Of a stretch of 64,000 nucleotides of DNA, positions 50,142 to 62,782 are shown piece after piece. The translations under genes were made by a program, and so were the position numbers. The stretch is from assembly GCA_907165135.1 (NCBI GenBank), contig OU015568.1, positions 2,294,001 through 2,358,000 of the forward strand, in the 5' to 3' direction. How positions within the stretch are numbered: the stretch's first letter is position 1; each line of letters starts with the position of its first letter. The notes beneath the pieces were generated by a model. The model was given only the letters and a program-made list of their open reading frames with translations. It ran no database searches and was not told the origin of the DNA. The DNA is from Oikopleura dioica (lineage: Eukaryota > Animalia > Chordata).

Positions 50142-51299
50142 TTCCGAATTTTCCTCCGATTTCTCTAAATAAATTCGCCGTAAAAGTAAGCTCGCTAAAT
50201 TGTGAATGTGAGAAAATTTTAATTAGAGGAAAGCGACAGACATAACTTTGGACCTTGCCCAACAATATTTGTTGAGAAAAAAGACGATTTACGCTATTTA
50301 TCAAATAATCTTTGACTTATTGACGCACCGACGTTCTGAAAAGCATTCTTTCTCTTGAAAATACCGCACTCTTTGTCTGAAAATATCCATTTGTCAGCAC
50401 AATGCCGAATTGGATTTTCGAATTCTCGACATTGAAATTTTACCTTGATGTTTATTCTTATATTTTAATCAATTTAAAAATCAATCAGAGTACTTTTGAT
50501 AGAAAAAAATGAAATTAAATTTGAAGACTTTTAAATAAATTTTCTATTTTCGCCGCTAGAATCTCTTGTTTGCCGATCTCTTTGATTCTGATGTTTTTTT
50601 CTGGGTTATGAACTTGTCAAAAATTAAGGGTCTGAAGAACTCGAGGGTGCTTGTTTTGTTAGTTCTACTGGTTCATTGGAATTTGTTTTCTATTTACTCG
50701 CCGGGCGTCTGGATCGCCGCCCATCATCATCGCTTGATTCAAGAGGAACGACCAGGAGGGTCCCTTATTGCGCCGATTAAACTTTCGCCGCTTTGACAAG
50801 CTCCTTCCCTAAAGTATTATTAAGCGGCCATAAAAGCAAAATAAAACGCGAGAATTCGGATTTGCTCATGGTTTCTTTTTTTCTTCGAATCATCGATTTT
50901 AAACTCTCTCTTTATTAGACTGAACTCGGGGGTTTTGACCATTTGCGCGGAATTCTGGTAATTCCTCAGAGTTATAGCCCCTCATCATTTCTCAAGTGCA
51001 AAGCTTCTTTGATAGCGTACTTCTTCATAAGGCGTATTTTCTTAAAATAGAGCATTTTTCAACAACTCCATTCTCCTGCTGTAATTTTCGACTCATTTCC
51101 GTTTATATCCGAGGAGATGATTAATTGGGAGATTAACTGATATAACTAACCAAGGCGGGATATTATTTTAAGAGACTTTTAGATAATCAAGCTGAGATGG
51201 ATCAAAATGCTGTAGATGATTTTCATATAGACCCAAAATATTATAACAAATAAATAAATATCTTTTGTTTTAACCAATGATTTATTGGCAATAAAAAAT

Positions 51300-54200
51300 C
51301 TACAGACTTATTCGAGAGCAAAAATCGCGCGGAGTTACAAATATAATTGGATATCCAACTGATTTTCTCTGCTCTCCAATGATCCGAGTCTCGATAATTT
51401 CCTCTTCAGAATCTTTTAACAGCTTCAAAAAATTTGAAAAATCAATCAATGAGGCTACGGTTAAGCCGTTTAAATAAACAACATTTTGGTAATTACAGGT
51501 TCTTAAATGAACTTATTTTGAAGCCTTGATCTAAATCAATTTTTTGTATCGGAATACCATCATCAGATGTGCCCGGAAAAATGATAATGGAGCTGTCGTA
51601 AATAATCGAGGATGAATGCGACACAGCCTTAAATAAGAGAATTAGTGATTCAAACAACAAGTTAGAAAGGGATGATTGATTTATTGTCTTTTGCGAACTA
51701 TTAGCTAAATTGATAGATTCGTTTTTTATTCAGGGGACGCGTTTCGGCACTAAAGTGCCTTCATCAGCCCTAGTACAGAAATTAACTTAACAGCTCAGAA
51801 AAAAGGAAGAGTACTCTCACCTTAGAGTGGACAATTTCGAATGAAAACGAAAATTGAAAACAGAAAATGAAAATTCGCTTTCGCGGCAGGTGAATGGAGC
51901 GCCAGAGAAAGCGAATTTCAAATGCTCCATTACAGAAATTTAACTTCAGCAAACTTGACTTGCTTGTTCAAGCTAGGGTCGTTTAACTTAATTGAGAAGG
52001 CTTCCAACAAGATGCGATCTTTATAGTAAGGTTGGTTGGAGATAACAGTCACAAATTTGTTTTTAAAGCAGAAATTGGTTTTGATCCTAGCCCTTGAAGT
52101 TGTGGGTTTGTACTTAGGAGTGTCTGGCTCACTTAGATATTTATCGTAAAGCTCTCTGAATTTTGGACATCTCAAAGTATGGAAAAACATTGGACTACGA
52201 TAGCGTGGTTCGAAATGCTCTTGAATGCGTGTTCCCAGTTGTCGCTTTGTTTCTCCCTGGTAATCTGTTTTGCCACAAGGACATTGAAAGTGGTAGACTA
52301 CACCCGATTTTTGTTCAATCGGGATCGGGCGTTTCCATATTGGATGCAAACATTGTTCAACTCTCACTGTTTTCCAGCAAAGTCTGAGAAAGAACTTTGG
52401 GGTAACTTTCTTGAGAATTGCCCGCATTTTGCGCCCAATACGATCGCACCGCTCCCCAGTGAATGTGGCTCGAAAATTGTAAGTGATTTCATCCTCCACT
52501 TTTCTATCCGGTTTAGGCGTATTCAAAAGTTTGATTTTGTCTTCAATAAGCGACGGTGGATATCCATTGAGAATGAATTTCCTCCTTGTGTTCCGAAAAC
52601 CTAATTGAATGGCATCTTCGCAGGATGACGCATTTTTCACTCTATGAAGATGACCAACCAACAAGCTTATTTTCTGGGATTTCGGAGCGACATTAGTTCG
52701 AAAATTTGGTAAATGATCCTTATTCGACTGTTTCTCATAATGAAACATCTCAATTTTGCCTTTGTGGATTTGGAATTGAGTGTCCAAAAAGACGAGTTTA
52801 CCATCTGTCATTGCTTCCTGTGTGAATTGTATATTTTTATGAAGCTTGTTGGCTTCATCCAAAATGAATTGTGACTCGGATTTTTTAATCAAAAATATAC
52901 AATCATCCACGTACCTCGCAATATACAGGGCTTTCCCTTCCCCAATTAGTTGGTCAAAGAATGGGGCCTCTATTTGATGCATGAAAATATCGGCCAAAAT
53001 AGGACTCAATTTTGATCCCATCGCTGAGCCATCACGTTGGCGGAAAAAACCTTCTGGGGTGGTAAAGCTCGTAAGCTTAAAAAGGACTGTGTCAACGAGG
53101 TTCTGGAATGCGTGTCTGTCAGGGAACTCAGAAACATGACCGTTTGCCAATACTTCAGCATCGAAAAAGAAAAGAGGATCTTTATATACTAATTCTACTA
53201 TTAATTTACTTATTTCTTTAATTGGCAAACTCGGGAACATTTTAGATACGTCTAGAGACATCAAAGTATGTTCCTTTAAATCAATTTTGTCTTTGATTTT
53301 GAGAAAATCCTCTTTCAATTCTTTAGTATTTTTTAAATTGTATTTAACTCTATTCCTAAGTTTTTGAAGAATAGGTTGAAGAAATATTTCTGCTCCCTCA
53401 CACACCGATCCCCGAGTTCCAATTATCATGCGACTTGGTTGGCCAATTTTGTGTGTTTTTGTCAATGCATATGAGCGTTTTAATGAATGCCTAGGTCGTA
53501 TAAGGTTGTACGTGGAATCAGAAAAATATGGCTTTAAAGTTTTGATGGTTTTTTCATATTCAGAAACATCTTTTTTCAATGGATCAAGACTCAACTTCTC
53601 GAACTTGAAAATTGGAAGTTCTTTTTTAATGTTTTCGTTATACGCTTTTTTGGACCAAATACAAATCTTTTGTTCTTTATCTGCCTTTGTTATCATTATT
53701 TCCGGATTTTCGGAGAGAAAATCTCTTAAAATTTTCATAGAAGGGTCGTTAGAGTGAACTTGAAATTCGCTTTCTCTGGCGCTCCATTCACCTGCCGCGA
53801 AAGCGAATTTTCATTTTCTGTTTTCAATTTTCGTTTTCATTCGAAATTGTCCACTCTAAGGTGAGAGTACTCTTCCTTTTTTCTGAGCTGTTAAGTTAAT
53901 TTCTGTACTAGGGCTGATGAAGGCACTTTAGTGCCGAAACGCGTCCCCTGAATAAAAAAACGAATCTATCATTATGAGAGGTCAACTATAAGACAATATT
54001 AGCTAAATTCTTCTTTTATCCCGAATAAGAAGAATATCTTTGTCTATCAATTGCCTAACCCTAACCCTAAACTGGAGTTGTTGAAAGCAAACATAACGAA
54101 AGCTTATCGATAGATTGCTCTACAGTTTCTTTCTCCTCTCAAAACTCAAAGGCACTTCGGCGGACAAGCAAGCTTTTCGAGCCCTTTGCTCAGGAGGTGT

Positions 54201-57200
54201 ACCCTAGTGGGGTAAGGTTAAGGTTAAACACTTTCGCTGTACCAATCTGTTTAAAATTTTGTTATTTTCGGTTCGTTTAAGGTTGTCAATATCATATTTT
54301 TGCAATAAAAGAGAGTCAAAATCACATTTACAGTTAATCAACCCCGATTGAAGAACATTGTCGATAATACATCAAGGACCAAAAATCAATAAATTCAATT
54401 ACTTTTTGAAGATGGCCTATTCTTATCCACTCGTTGTTCATGAATCGCCAAATTTCTTTGAATCGTATTAATTTACCGTCGCTGTCATTTTCTCCCCCGA
54501 TGGTCAACAAACTTCCCGAAGGCAGGCCGATAGCGGAAAATGATATTATTTTTCTTAATATATCTTCTGTATATTTATTGATTCGGTTGGTCACCTTGGA
54601 TGCTTTTCAAGCATAATCCAGCCCTCCTCCGTTAACGTTTCAACTGCTCCATTTGCAAAGCGTCCTCCTATTGCAGTCGGGCGACCATTGTATGAACTCA
54701 GTTCTCCGTTAAGATGATTTCTGTTTGTTTTATACGATGGTATTACTTCTCTTCCATTAAATATCTCGCATACGGGTTTATTCCAAGAAAAACAAATCAT
54801 TGCTATAAATCGCGGAGTATTTTTAGACAGAAATATTTGTAATAAATTCAAACCTTCGCTACCATTAGCGATTGATAAAACTGAATGACTATCTCGATAA
54901 TCAGCAAATAGCCGCATTGATAATTTCGTGAGCTCGCAACCGTCTAACCGTCCGATCTAAAGCAAAATACAAGTTGTTTTTGAATCTCGAAATACTTTAT
55001 GAAAATCATCAGCCCAGCCTCCAAAGATGTGAAGCTTGTCATTCACTAATGCGTGTCTCGAGAAATAAGGAAATTTCGAAATGCTGTAACCGGTGTTAAA
55101 TGGAGGCAAGAACTGTACTTCGTTGTATAACTCATCTTGAACGACAACATATGGTTGATACGGTATGGATGTTATAGCTTCTGTTAATAGAGGGTCGGTG
55201 TTCCAGTACATGTTATCACCGCGTTCTGTTAACATCACATTTATCTGGCGACCGTCGGACACATAATAGTAATTTTTGATTTCCGATATTTCATCAAATT
55301 TATGAATTCGAATCTTCTTGTTTTCGACTTTTTCAAGGCCACTTGGCTCAAATTTCGAACAGGTTATATTTTTTTTCTTAAAAAAATTAGGTTATATAAA
55401 TTTTGAAAAGAAGCAAGACAAATCGAAAGACTATTCAGTCAAACTTTACCTCAGAAACTTCAAAAAAAGAGAATCGGGGGGATTTGTTTGTTTCATTTTG
55501 GGATTTCGTTTCAAGGAGAAGTGTCAGTTCTGTTAACTCTGAAGCCTTGGTTTGGCAAATGTTCGGAATTGCTGATGAATAAGGATAAGTTTGCCAAACC
55601 TTATCTGTAATATTCAATTGCAAACTTAAGGACCCCCCCGTTAACAATTTTCCTAAAAAAAATCGAAAATTTCAAAACAGCCATATTTTGGCTTCTGAGT
55701 GTGCCTGGAAGTTAAATTTATCACAAATACTTGTTAGGAGCATTTTTTGACCAATAAAAATCTAAAATTTAAGAAAAATTAGGACTTTTTCGTCATTTTT
55801 CTTCAAAAAGTCCAATTTTCAAACGCGATTTTGAGGGTGTTAGAGTCGAGATAGACCCCCAAAAAATAAAGCCTCAAAATCGTTTTTTGATCTGTAGAAT
55901 CCATTTCCGGGGTCAAAATTCCGAAAATTGATTTTTCGAAAATTGTTGACGGGGGGGGTCCTTAAGCGTGTATCGTGATAATCAGAGTCGATCCAAATTG
56001 TGCCATTTTTATAAGTTCCAAAAATAAATAGGCTTGTTCCATCATAGAAATAAGCCCCAAGAATTTTTGTCTGAATAGAAGAAAATTTCTTCAATTTGAA
56101 TTCGAGATGAAATGTTTCTCTTCCATTTAATTTCATCTCAATAGTAGAAATATGATTTAATCCTTTTAGTGAAGAAAACCATTGATCTGCAGGTCTTGAT
56201 TCCGGAATAATTGTTTTCAGGTAAATAACGGGCGGAAAAGGAGGCTGGATAACAGCATTCTTCGAGAAACGAGGAAAAACATCGTCGTGAAAGGCAAAAA
56301 AAGGATTGCTTGTTACGTGCAGCTTTTCTTCTGAGTTTCTTTGAATAATTCCGATCATGTTTCTCTCTCAAGAATAGATTAATAATCTACAATAAAAACC
56401 CAAATTTTAACCGCCTATAAAGTCCGAAACTGAATTCGATTCAAATCGAAGTTGTTTATCCTTTCCGTAATCAAATTCGATTTCATACAAACTTCCGAAA
56501 ACATAATTTTGAATATAAATCTTCTCATTGTTGATTATTCCATTGACAAAGTACTCGCATTCGTCATTGTGGACTCCTTTTTGATCAGTATAATAAGGAT
56601 CATCTTCGGCGAATAATTTTGAATTACAAATAGGTTTTTCTTTGTATTTAACGAGGGAACCGATCCACTCGCGACCAAGAGACAGAAAGCTTCCTTCTGC
56701 TTCCAACAACAACGAGTACAGAGTATTTGAAAGAGGAATACTTCGTGCTGCGATTATTAAAAGAAGTTTTTTTCCATCCATCTTATTGAGTTATGAATTT
56801 TCAAAATCAAATTCTTCTCCTTCTAGACTTTCTTCCCCTGATCTTGTCATGTTTGAATTGTTTTATGAACAGGGTTCGAAATTGGCGGGTTAAGGGGGGG
56901 ATCGACGAGAATTTTTTCAGAGGTGATCGTAATTTCGCGTATACACATGGTCTGTGTATGAATCTTATATTTTTGGAATCCTAAGATCCTCTTGAATCTG
57001 TTGAGCCTAAAACCATTCGATAAAAATAAGATTTAGGGGGTAAAATTAAGAAAAATGTAAAAAAAATGACTATTCTTGGTGCATTTTCGCGAAAATGCCC
57101 CTACTTTGACGGCATTTTTGACCGATTTTTTCTGGCCAAAATTTTTTCTACTTCTCGCCGGTTAATTTTTTCAACCCTTTTCTTTTTGCCAGTAAATTCA

Positions 57201-59340
57201 AATTTTGCCTATCTGATCAGGTTTTCCCGCATTTTTGGTCACGGAAATCCCGATTCTCGTCGACCCCCTCCTTAAGGTTAAAAAAAAGATATTTTATTTA
57301 AGTCCCGAGAACAAAACCATGGAAAAAATTGACGCATTCGGAAATTTTTTAATTATCTATATTACTGTTGAGATGCAAAGAATTTAAAATAGGGATTTTA
57401 ACTCATTCCAATGGAACAACATGGACCGGGTCCAGGTCCATGAACTCACTTGGTAATTTTATACTATTTTTTCTCCATCCTTTTTCAATTTCTTCATCTA
57501 TTCTTATTCTGTTCAAGGCAACGGTCGTCGACAACTTGATGTGATGGTCACCCAATTTCACACTCATCATGTTGAAGACTCCTTTGAAGCTGACAGAAGA
57601 TACTTTCGCATTGGCGTGATTGCTTGCGATAAAACCCTGTGCTTCTTCAAATCGGCCCAAGTTGTACTCCGGAGCATAATAATAACATTTGTCTTCGTTA
57701 CCTGTTGGACGGCTTGTGAAGGTCAAAATTTTTTATTTAGTCTTCTTATTTATAAAGTCTACTTGTTTTTCAACCGTTACAGATAACCACTACCGGAAAA
57801 ATAACGTATTCTCCTCTTTCGCCTTTTATCTCAATATGATGAGTGCCAATGGAAGATCCAAAGTGAAAAACGAAGACCCCTCTAAAAAGAAAATTATAAG
57901 AAAAGAAAGAAAAATTTTGGCGAGTCCCCATTCCGTCTATGGAGAAAATAACTGAGATGTAGCCTGCCTATGCGATTACATATTTTTATGTCGATTTTTA
58001 ATGAAAATCGGAGCATCGCCATTTTCTTTCACTTTCACCAGAGTGGCAAATCTAGACAAAAAATTTATTTGCGCTGGCCAGTTGTCCAGATTATTTCCTC
58101 TAATGCTCGACGACCAAAACAACCATTGACAATCCTGTTTAATCTACCCCAATGACTGGGCAGACAAGATTTCTGGCTAGTTTGCCTAATTTTCCTCGGC
58201 CAGATTCGCCACCCTGCTTTCATTAAGTTTCCAATCGCATCAACCAAGTAATGCTCGCCGTTGAGAAAAGTTGCACCAGTGGACTTTTGCGTTTTGATTG
58301 ATTTTATCATGAAAAATAAGGACTTATCAACAAAAACATTCATAAAGGGTAAAATCATCTGAAATGTTGATTTGTTTATTGTTTCCACGATAATCAGACA
58401 AAATAAATTTTCGAAGCTCTTGTTTTTTATTTGTTCGATCATCATGCTCGGTGTTGTTTTTTGCGTCACTAGAATAAGAGTCTTGCAAGTTTACTTGATC
58501 AAAAATAGTCGAGTTTAGATCAAAAACAGGAGTCAATTTTTGTTGTGAATCCAACTTTTCACACTCATAATAGGGACAGGGGCAACCTTTCAGACAGTAT
58601 TCTTGAAATGGACAAACGTCTCCAGCTGCGTCGTAAGATCGTGTTTGCTCAAAACACATCGACTCGCAGGGAGAAATTGTTATTGTCGTTGCTGTTTCCA
58701 AAACCAGCGTTTTTGAACAAAGATGGCGACACACACTTTGGTCGTAAAACTGCTTCTTCTGACATCGCCGAAGATTCATGTCGTTTTCTTCTGTTGAGAA
58801 AAGACGAACCTTCGTTTCAGCATTTGAAATCTTAGTAACCGGCTCAGGGACTTCAAATTCCTGTGTTTCGTAACATTGCTTCATCAAATGGCCACAATAG
58901 TCCATTGTCGCAACTCGGACGCATTTTTTGTAATTTCGGTGACAAGTCGAAGTTAAAAAAGTTGTTACGGCACGTGATTTCTCCAAAGAATGAACATTTG
59001 CTAGTGACATAAATATCTGGGTAGAAAAAAATTATGATAGTACCTATAAGCATAACCGTGATCCAAAAAATTGAACCGAGAGTAAGGTAGGTGTATTTCT
59101 GAGGGTCTGTATCGTTGCCGTGCTTTGCAAGGCTCATTTTTGCGGTAACTTTTTTCTTCCATGTTTGCTTCTCTTTTGATTTCTGCATATGGTGTTCTTG
59201 AGTATCGATGCTTCGGATTGTCAAAACTTCTTCGGGCAACAAATACAGTTTCTTCTGTTTCAGTCTCAAAACACCAATACAGTCGCAATCAAGACACTTA
59301 TTCGATGTTTATTTTTACTTATTGAATCAAAATTGTAGTT
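51300..59340 (-). CDS. Large Cys-rich/Kelch-like gene (possibly two adjacent genes), same family as 12231-13524
   Basis: CPFQEYCLKGCPCPYYEC block at 58327-59010; propeller exons (LHIFGG, PTAIGG, LLTIGG); last exons at 51627-51300 (HSSIIYDSSIIIFPG...PIIFVTPRDFCSRISL*). Continuity between about 56.4 and 58.3 kb is unresolved. Confidence 0.55.
51731..51771 (-). ncRNA. Minimal hammerhead ribozyme in the 3' pLTR (sense to the element)
   Basis: Minus strand reads AGGG-CTGATGA-A-GGCAC-TTTA-GTGCC-GAAA-CGCG-TC/CCCT: hammerhead core, stem II, and a palindromic short stem III. Confidence 0.85.
51930..53738 (-). CDS. Penelope reverse transcriptase plus GIY-YIG endonuclease (602 aa, N-terminally truncated)
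   Basis: KADK, SLDVSKMFPS, GSAMGSKLSPILADIFM, RYVDD; GIY-YIG motif GVVYHFQCPCGKTDYQGET...RIQEH; LEAFSI...SLNKQ. Confidence 0.95.
   Translation of the reverse strand: MKILRDFLSENPEIMITKADKEQKICIWSKKAYNENIKKELPIFKFEKLSLDPLKKDVSEYEKTIKTLKPYFSDSTYNLIRPRHSLKRSYALTKTHKIGQPSRMIIGTRGSVCEGAEIFLQPILQKLRNRVKYNLKNTKELKEDFLKIKDKIDLKEHTLMSLDVSKMFPSLPIKEISKLIVELVYKDPLFFFDAEVLANGHVSEFPDRHAFQNLVDTVLFKLTSFTTPEGFFRQRDGSAMGSKLSPILADIFMHQIEAPFFDQLIGEGKALYIARYVDDCIFLIKKSESQFILDEANKLHKNIQFTQEAMTDGKLVFLDTQFQIHKGKIEMFHYEKQSNKDHLPNFRTNVAPKSQKISLLVGHLHRVKNASSCEDAIQLGFRNTRRKFILNGYPPSLIEDKIKLLNTPKPDRKVEDEITYNFRATFTGERCDRIGRKMRAILKKVTPKFFLRLCWKTVRVEQCLHPIWKRPIPIEQKSGVVYHFQCPCGKTDYQGETKRQLGTRIQEHFEPRYRSPMFFHTLRCPKFRELYDKYLSEPDTPKYKPTTSRARIKTNFCFKNKFVTVISNQPYYKDRILLEAFSIKLNDPSLNKQVKFAEVKFL
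53910..53950 (+). ncRNA. Minimal hammerhead ribozyme in the inverted pLTR
   Basis: Same sequence on the plus strand; CTGATGA at 53914-53920, GAAA at 53936-53939, GTC at 53943-53945. Confidence 0.85.
55626..55965. mobile_element. Kolobok-like MITE (332 bp, TTAA TSD) inserted within a coding exon
   Basis: TTAA at 55626-55629 and 55962-55965; TIR GGACCCCCCCGT. The minus-strand flanking frames join as ...HDTR-LS-LQLNITDK when it is removed. Confidence 0.85.
56870..57275. mobile_element. TTAA-flanked GG-terminated MITE (56894-57271) nested in a hAT-like end (CAGGGTTCGAAATTGG at 56870)
   Basis: TTAA at 56890-56893 and 57272-57275; TIR GG(G/A)GGGG(A/G)TCGACGAGAAT. The left flank matches the TIR of the 5857 hAT MITE. 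Confidence 0.7.
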
Positions 59341-60809
59341 ACCCGGACTCTTTTTTGATATATCGGAATCTTCATCCTCTTTTTTCCTCTTTTGTCAACC
59401 ATTGCGACTGAGTTTTGAGTGAGAATTCTGGAGTAAAACAAAAAGCGCCGGTATATGAAGATGACAGTTTCACTGACATTTGGACAATTTTGCCTCCGTT
59501 TTCGTTCCTTTTTGAATGTCACCAGCGCTTTTCTATATTAGAATATTCTTCGTCGAAGTTCAAAGCGAGACTATTTAAAAATTTAAAAACACTGCAGGAA
59601 AATCCGATTCTTGATGTCTACCGCCTTAAGTCTCCAGCGGTCATTCGATTGCTTACTTTTGCCATTAAGACATACGCCAGATAGAAAAAAAAAACGAAAA
59701 TAATCTTGTTCAAAAATCAGTTTTCACTCAACCAGTAAGATAAAATTCCTGCTTCGCTGATTTTCGGTCAATATAACAAAGCGCGGTAACTTATAATTGA
59801 AACAAAAACAGGACGTCTGGTTGACGGTCAAAGTTGGCACGCTTAAATGGCATCAACGAAACAAAGGTCCTTGAGAGCAGGGGAATGCTCGTCTTCCTTT
59901 CCGAAAAGAGAAAAAACTCTGCGGCGCTAAATCATTTATTCATTGAGCACCACTCTAGTGCCTGGCTCACCTGCCAGCTCATCAAAAACTCAAGAAAAGA
60001 AGAAAGAAAGACGCTCGTGAGTGTGTCTGTCTGCTATTTGACGGCCTTTTTTCTAATACAGTGATTTTTACAGAGATTTTGAAGAGACACAGAAAAGAAG
60101 GAGATTTGTGATCTTCAGAAGAGCAAGAAAAGGGATATTTTATGTATAAAAATTAAGCAAAAATTATATAGAAATCGAATTTTTTTGAGCGTTTTATCAT
60201 TTTAAAACCACCTATTTATACTCATTTGTATTTCTGCTTATTTCTTTATTCAGTTTATGCAACAATGAAAATTTTCTTCAATGATTTTTGACAAGTATAA
60301 TCGTTAAAAAATCCCCGTAATCATCCATTTACAGCTCCGAGCCCTAATTAGGCTTTTTATTTTCGCCACGTGATTATGATTCTCCGGACCGCTACCGTAG
60401 CTACATGAATGTGCCACTTTGCCATATAAATACCACCCTAGAAAAGCGGCCAAAAGGTATCGAAAAATCGAAAAAGCAAGCAACCGCCCCTAATTACCGC
60501 CCGGTGATTGCCTTAATTAAATTTTTCGAGACACTTTTTTTGATTTTTAAGCGCTTGAGTGATTTTCCTCTCGCCTTGCCCTTGAGCCACGTGACGGAGC
60601 CCAGTTTTGAAGCTTTACATTCCATTTTCTTCATTAACCGGAAAGTTCGTTTTACCGCTCATAAGTTATCCTGAGAAAGTGAATTTTCTTTGGCTGCGAA
60701 GGTTAAGCACAAAAACAAAGGAGGTTACGACGCCCGGATACCGAGTCTACTAGAGAGGCTCTTTTATTAGCGAAGCAGAGCACAGATTCGAGAGAGAACA
60801 AAAAAAGAA

Positions 60810-62467
60810 ATGAAGCTGAGGATCGTTTTTTCATGTAAGTTTTCTTCTTATTTAGCTTTTTATTTAACAAAAATACTCTGAAAAAAATTTTTGTTAAAGA
60901 AATTTTTTTTCCTTCTTTGCAGCTTTACTGCTTAAAATTAAAAATAAGAATAAATAATATAATTAATAATCGAACCAAATAAACATAAAGAAAGAATGAA
61001 TAAACAAAATAAAGAATTTTCTTTTTCTTAAAAATCGCCTTGAAATCGGTTAAATCTCTTCTGATCCGTTCTTCCTGAAATTCTATCCTAATCCCTTTTT
61101 ATCCCCCTCCTTCTAGTGGCGGCAGCAGTCTCAGCCGTTCATAAAACCTTCGTCGGTTCGGACAGAAGCGTAGCGTATCCAATTTACTGCGATGAACAAA
61201 AGTCGGAAATTGAATCTCTCGTCCCTACGTTTTCAGAAGAAGGTCCAGCTATTTCAGGATTGGCTTCTCAGATAATCAGATGAAAAGATTTTTTGATGGA
61301 GAATGTTCTTAACGACGCGTTTTTATGATTTGATGGTGTCTTTTTATGAATTTGATTAAGTCCAAATTTTTCTGAACATAAATCATCATCATAAAACCGA
61401 TGTAAAGGCCACGCGTTTCCATTTTTCTCAAATGTAACCTTTGAACTTTCTTTTAACGAGTACGGAAATTTGTCATGTAATTGACCCCTTGATCTTCAAG
61501 CCAAGATAAGTGCGAGACGGAAAGGCGATTGTGAATGGATATCTATCTAATGAGTACTTGTTCAATACTATTTATGATTGTACGATGCGAGGAGGGAGGA
61601 CAGAACAGGTCTTGTTGTTGGCGATTTTGGAGCCATCTGATGTCAAGGTACTTATTCATAGAGAAGATGTCTTATTCAATGATAAATTTAAGGTGATCTC
61701 AAGCAACTTTGATCCAAACTCGAAAAAATCCGAGAAACTCGCGACTTGCACTACTGGCGAGACTTATCCTCAGGCCACGATTCAATGGCTCAACGACCAA
61801 GGAAATATCGTCTTCGAATGCAATGAAAACTCGAAGCTTGATGCTAACGATTGCTTTGTCGATTATTCGGGAACTGGAGTTGCAAAAGAAAACCGCTACA
61901 GAAGGTAAGTTTTACTTTCATTTCCGATTAATAATCGTCGTTTTCTAGCTCGACAGTTGATGCCAGTCTGCGAGCAGAAATAGACGCTAGTGAAAAGTAC
62001 CAGTGCCGAGTTGTTTATCAAAAATTGGTCGACGGCCAATCCGTAGAATCATATCTCGACAGCCCGTTTCCAGCAGAAGGTTGTATCGCTGGACCCTGCT
62101 CGAAGAAAGTTGTTGATCTTCCTGTCGACCCACCAACTGAAACTCACAGAGGTACCAATTCATGACTTTTCTCAGATTTTAGATTCAACCTTCAATTCTA
62201 GATTCACCGAATGAAGACACTCCTAACCCGATCGAAGACCCCGCTGAAGAAGAAATTGACGTGGATGCCGCTGGAAATGGCAACAAAACTTTCTTGGTCG
62301 GAAGTGTCACTGGAATCGTCATTATTGCGATTATTATCGCAGTCATATTTTATGTCAAGAAAAGAGGAAACGAAGATGAAGATGGAACTAAATATACTGT
62401 AAGAATTGATCTAACCCGAAAAGGTCTAAGAGCGCATTTTTAGGAGGGAGCCCAGACAGAAGCCTAA
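60810..62467 (+). CDS. Type I membrane protein with Ig-like domains
   Basis: Signal MKLRIVFSLAAAVSA; Ig motifs LATCTTG..YPQATIQW and YQCRV; TM GSVTGIVIIAIIIAVIFYV-KKR; short tail ending EGAQTEA*. Confidence 0.8.
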
Positions 62468-62782
62468 CTTCAACCTTCAAAGCCACTTCTAGAAGAATTC
62501 AAAAGATTAACTACACAACTAATGCCAAACAAAAAAATCTAAGAAGAAAGTAACATACAGTAATTATTTCAAACCTGCTCATATCATGATCATTTTTGAC
62601 TGTGACAGAAAATCAATTAATAAAAACATAATTCAACGCAATTTTTCCTTTTGAAAACAAAAGGTCAAAAAGGTTTAAACAAACGAGTTTATCTTGGTCT
62701 ACGGAGGAGGCCGATTTTTATTCGAAAGCCAAATAGAGAAAACAGCCAAAAACAGAAAGATAGAAATTCCTTTTTAGAAAAA

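Larger units (their letters stand above)
51699..54009 (-). mobile_element. Penelope-like retroelement, 5'-truncated, with inverted pseudo-LTRs and a 13-bp TSD
   Basis: TSD TATTAGCTAAATT at 51699-51711 and 53997-54009; inverted repeats at 51712-51921 and 53760-53970. It lies in an intron (54402-51628) of the Kelch-like gene. Confidence 0.92.
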
